A stretch of 62,700 nucleotides of DNA, counting the filler. It is 2 parts of 2 records of this genome, joined end to end, with 100 filler letters (N's around TTAATTAATTAA, not from the genome) between each part and the next. Parts side by side here need not be neighbours in the genome. Positions count along the whole stretch, not along the records: positions 31,357 to 62,700 come from SRR20825006_85; 1 more part is not named here. One strand, 5' to 3'. A model generated the notes under the pieces. That model made no database searches. It had not been told where the DNA came from and was given only the letters and a program-made list of their open reading frames with translations. Position numbers and translations under genes: made by a program. Shown here in pieces: positions 61,481 through 62,700 of the stretch (its first letter is position 1; every line of letters begins with the position of its first letter).

Positions 61481-61599
61481 AATTACAAGGGTTATCAATT
61501 GCCTAAAAGCAGACCAACATTCGTACCAAATAAACGCTAGAAACCCTTATCTACCCTAATACACTACAGATCAAATCATTTGCTTTTGAATTTTAAAAA

Positions 61600-62700
61600 T
61601 CAGCCTACAAAGTTCACGATCTTACCGGGGACAACGATCACCTTTTTCGGTTCGCGACCGCCTAAATACTCCTGCGTTTTCTCGTGTGCACGCACTGCTT
61701 TTTCAATTTCCTCTTTTGAAAGATCTAGCGGAAGTTCCATCGTAAAACGCATTTTTCCATTAAACGAGATCGGGTATTCTTTACTACTTTCTACCAGATG
61801 CTTTTCATCAAACTCTGGGAAAGCAGCAGTTGCGATTGACTCGTCGTGACCGAGTAAACTCCACAATTCTTCTGCGATGTGTGGCGCATAAGGCGAAATC
61901 AATACCGCCAACGGCTCTAGTACTTCACGGTTGTTGCATTTTGCAGCAGCGAGTTCGTTAACCGCGATCATAAACGTAGAAACCGAAGTATTAAAACTGA
62001 AGTTCTCAATATCTTCCTGTACCTTTTTGATGGTTTTATGTAAGGTTTTCATCGCCTCTTTAGAAGCCGGCGCATCAGAAACTTCAAAGTCGCCCAGATT
62101 TCCCGCTTTATCTACTTGATGGTACAGCTTCCAGAGTTTTTTAAGGAAGTTGTGCACTCCTGTAATTCCTGCGGTATTCCAGGGTTTTGCTTGCTCTAAC
62201 GGACCTAAAAACATCTCATACATACGCAGCGTATCTGCCCCGTACTCCTCACAAATATCATCGGGATTCACCACGTTGTATTTGGATTTAGACATTTTTT
62301 CGACTTCGCGGCTAACAGTAAAAGACTCACCATTACCTTCAATCATATTTCTTCCATTGTCACCTATAAATATTGCCTCTTTGAATTCAGGTCGCCATTC
62401 CCTAAATCCATCGATATCCATTTCATCGGAATTATTCACCAATGAAACATCAACGTGAAGAGATTGAGGCTGGCGATAATTAGCAGAAAGACTCTTAGAC
62501 CCAAAGTATCCTTTTAGTATTAAGAGCAAATCAGACTCAAACTCGCTTTTCTCTATTTCACCCTTTTCCAATTTGTTTTTTAAAATTCCAGATATGATGA
62601 CCTGGTAATTTTTGACTAAATTTTCCAAATCGGAACTAGCTACTTCGAAACCTCCAACTTGAGAAAGTCTATACACAAAAGCACTAGTTCCCAAAATCAT
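61600..62700 (-). CDS. leuS: Leucine--tRNA ligase (3' part)
   Basis: KMSKS; YGADTLRMYEMFLGP; PYAPHIAEELW; KKVIVVPGKIVNFV. Confidence 0.96.
   Translation of the reverse strand: MILGTSAFVYRLSQVGGFEVASSDLENLVKNYQVIISGILKNKLEKGEIEKSEFESDLLLILKGYFGSKSLSANYRQPQSLHVDVSLVNNSDEMDIDGFREWRPEFKEAIFIGDNGRNMIEGNGESFTVSREVEKMSKSKYNVVNPDDICEEYGADTLRMYEMFLGPLEQAKPWNTAGITGVHNFLKKLWKLYHQVDKAGNLGDFEVSDAPASKEAMKTLHKTIKKVQEDIENFSFNTSVSTFMIAVNELAAAKCNNREVLEPLAVLISPYAPHIAEELWSLLGHDESIATAAFPEFDEKHLVESSKEYPISFNGKMRFTMELPLDLSKEEIEKAVRAHEKTQEYLGGREPKKVIVVPGKIVNFVG

Noticed and set aside
380..62458. Many short ORFs in the six-frame track lying antisense to or inside clear genes (e.g. 1354-1599, 5590-5916, 41270-41737, 58127-58519)
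   Set aside because: Shadow frames of conserved genes with no recognisable motifs or initiation context

Overview
The window holds two unrelated contigs joined by an artificial 100-nt spacer (44 N + TTAATTAATTAA + 44 N, 31257-31356). Both look like Flavobacteriaceae (Bacteroidota) chromosome: TAnnTTTG promoter boxes, an LpxC-FabZ fusion, porX, porQ and an extended S16. By eye the left contig is more AT-rich with different codon preferences, so the halves may come from different organisms. Left contig (1-31256): fabG, sucD, the lpxD-lpxC/fabZ-lpxA-efp-lpxD2 operon, an HD protein divergent from porX-tsaE, ald, proline dehydrogenase, aroB, a PfpI-family gene, an Lrp/M14 peptidase/XRE regulator locus, cmk-porQ-lon, several lipoproteins, msrB and a truncated lpdA. 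Right contig (31357-62700): a PepSY-TM protein, rpsP-rimM, an acyl-CoA dehydrogenase, DUF3050, Fe-S assembly genes, trmB, a PhoP/PhoR-like pair, LuxE, saccharopine dehydrogenase, pckA, pyrC, tyrS, a RelE/ParE toxin-antitoxin pair and a partial leuS. I saw no CRISPR array, prophage, IS, rRNA or tRNA. Gene content is mostly core, and the most interesting signals are non-coding. These are (1) a candidate small RNA whose seed is antisense to a Bacteroidota-style translation start, (2) five palindromic operator-like sites around an XRE regulator, (3) sigma54-like promoters on protease and lipoprotein genes, and (4) a leaderless uORF overlapping the lpxD start. All assignments come from reading the sequence; no searches were run.
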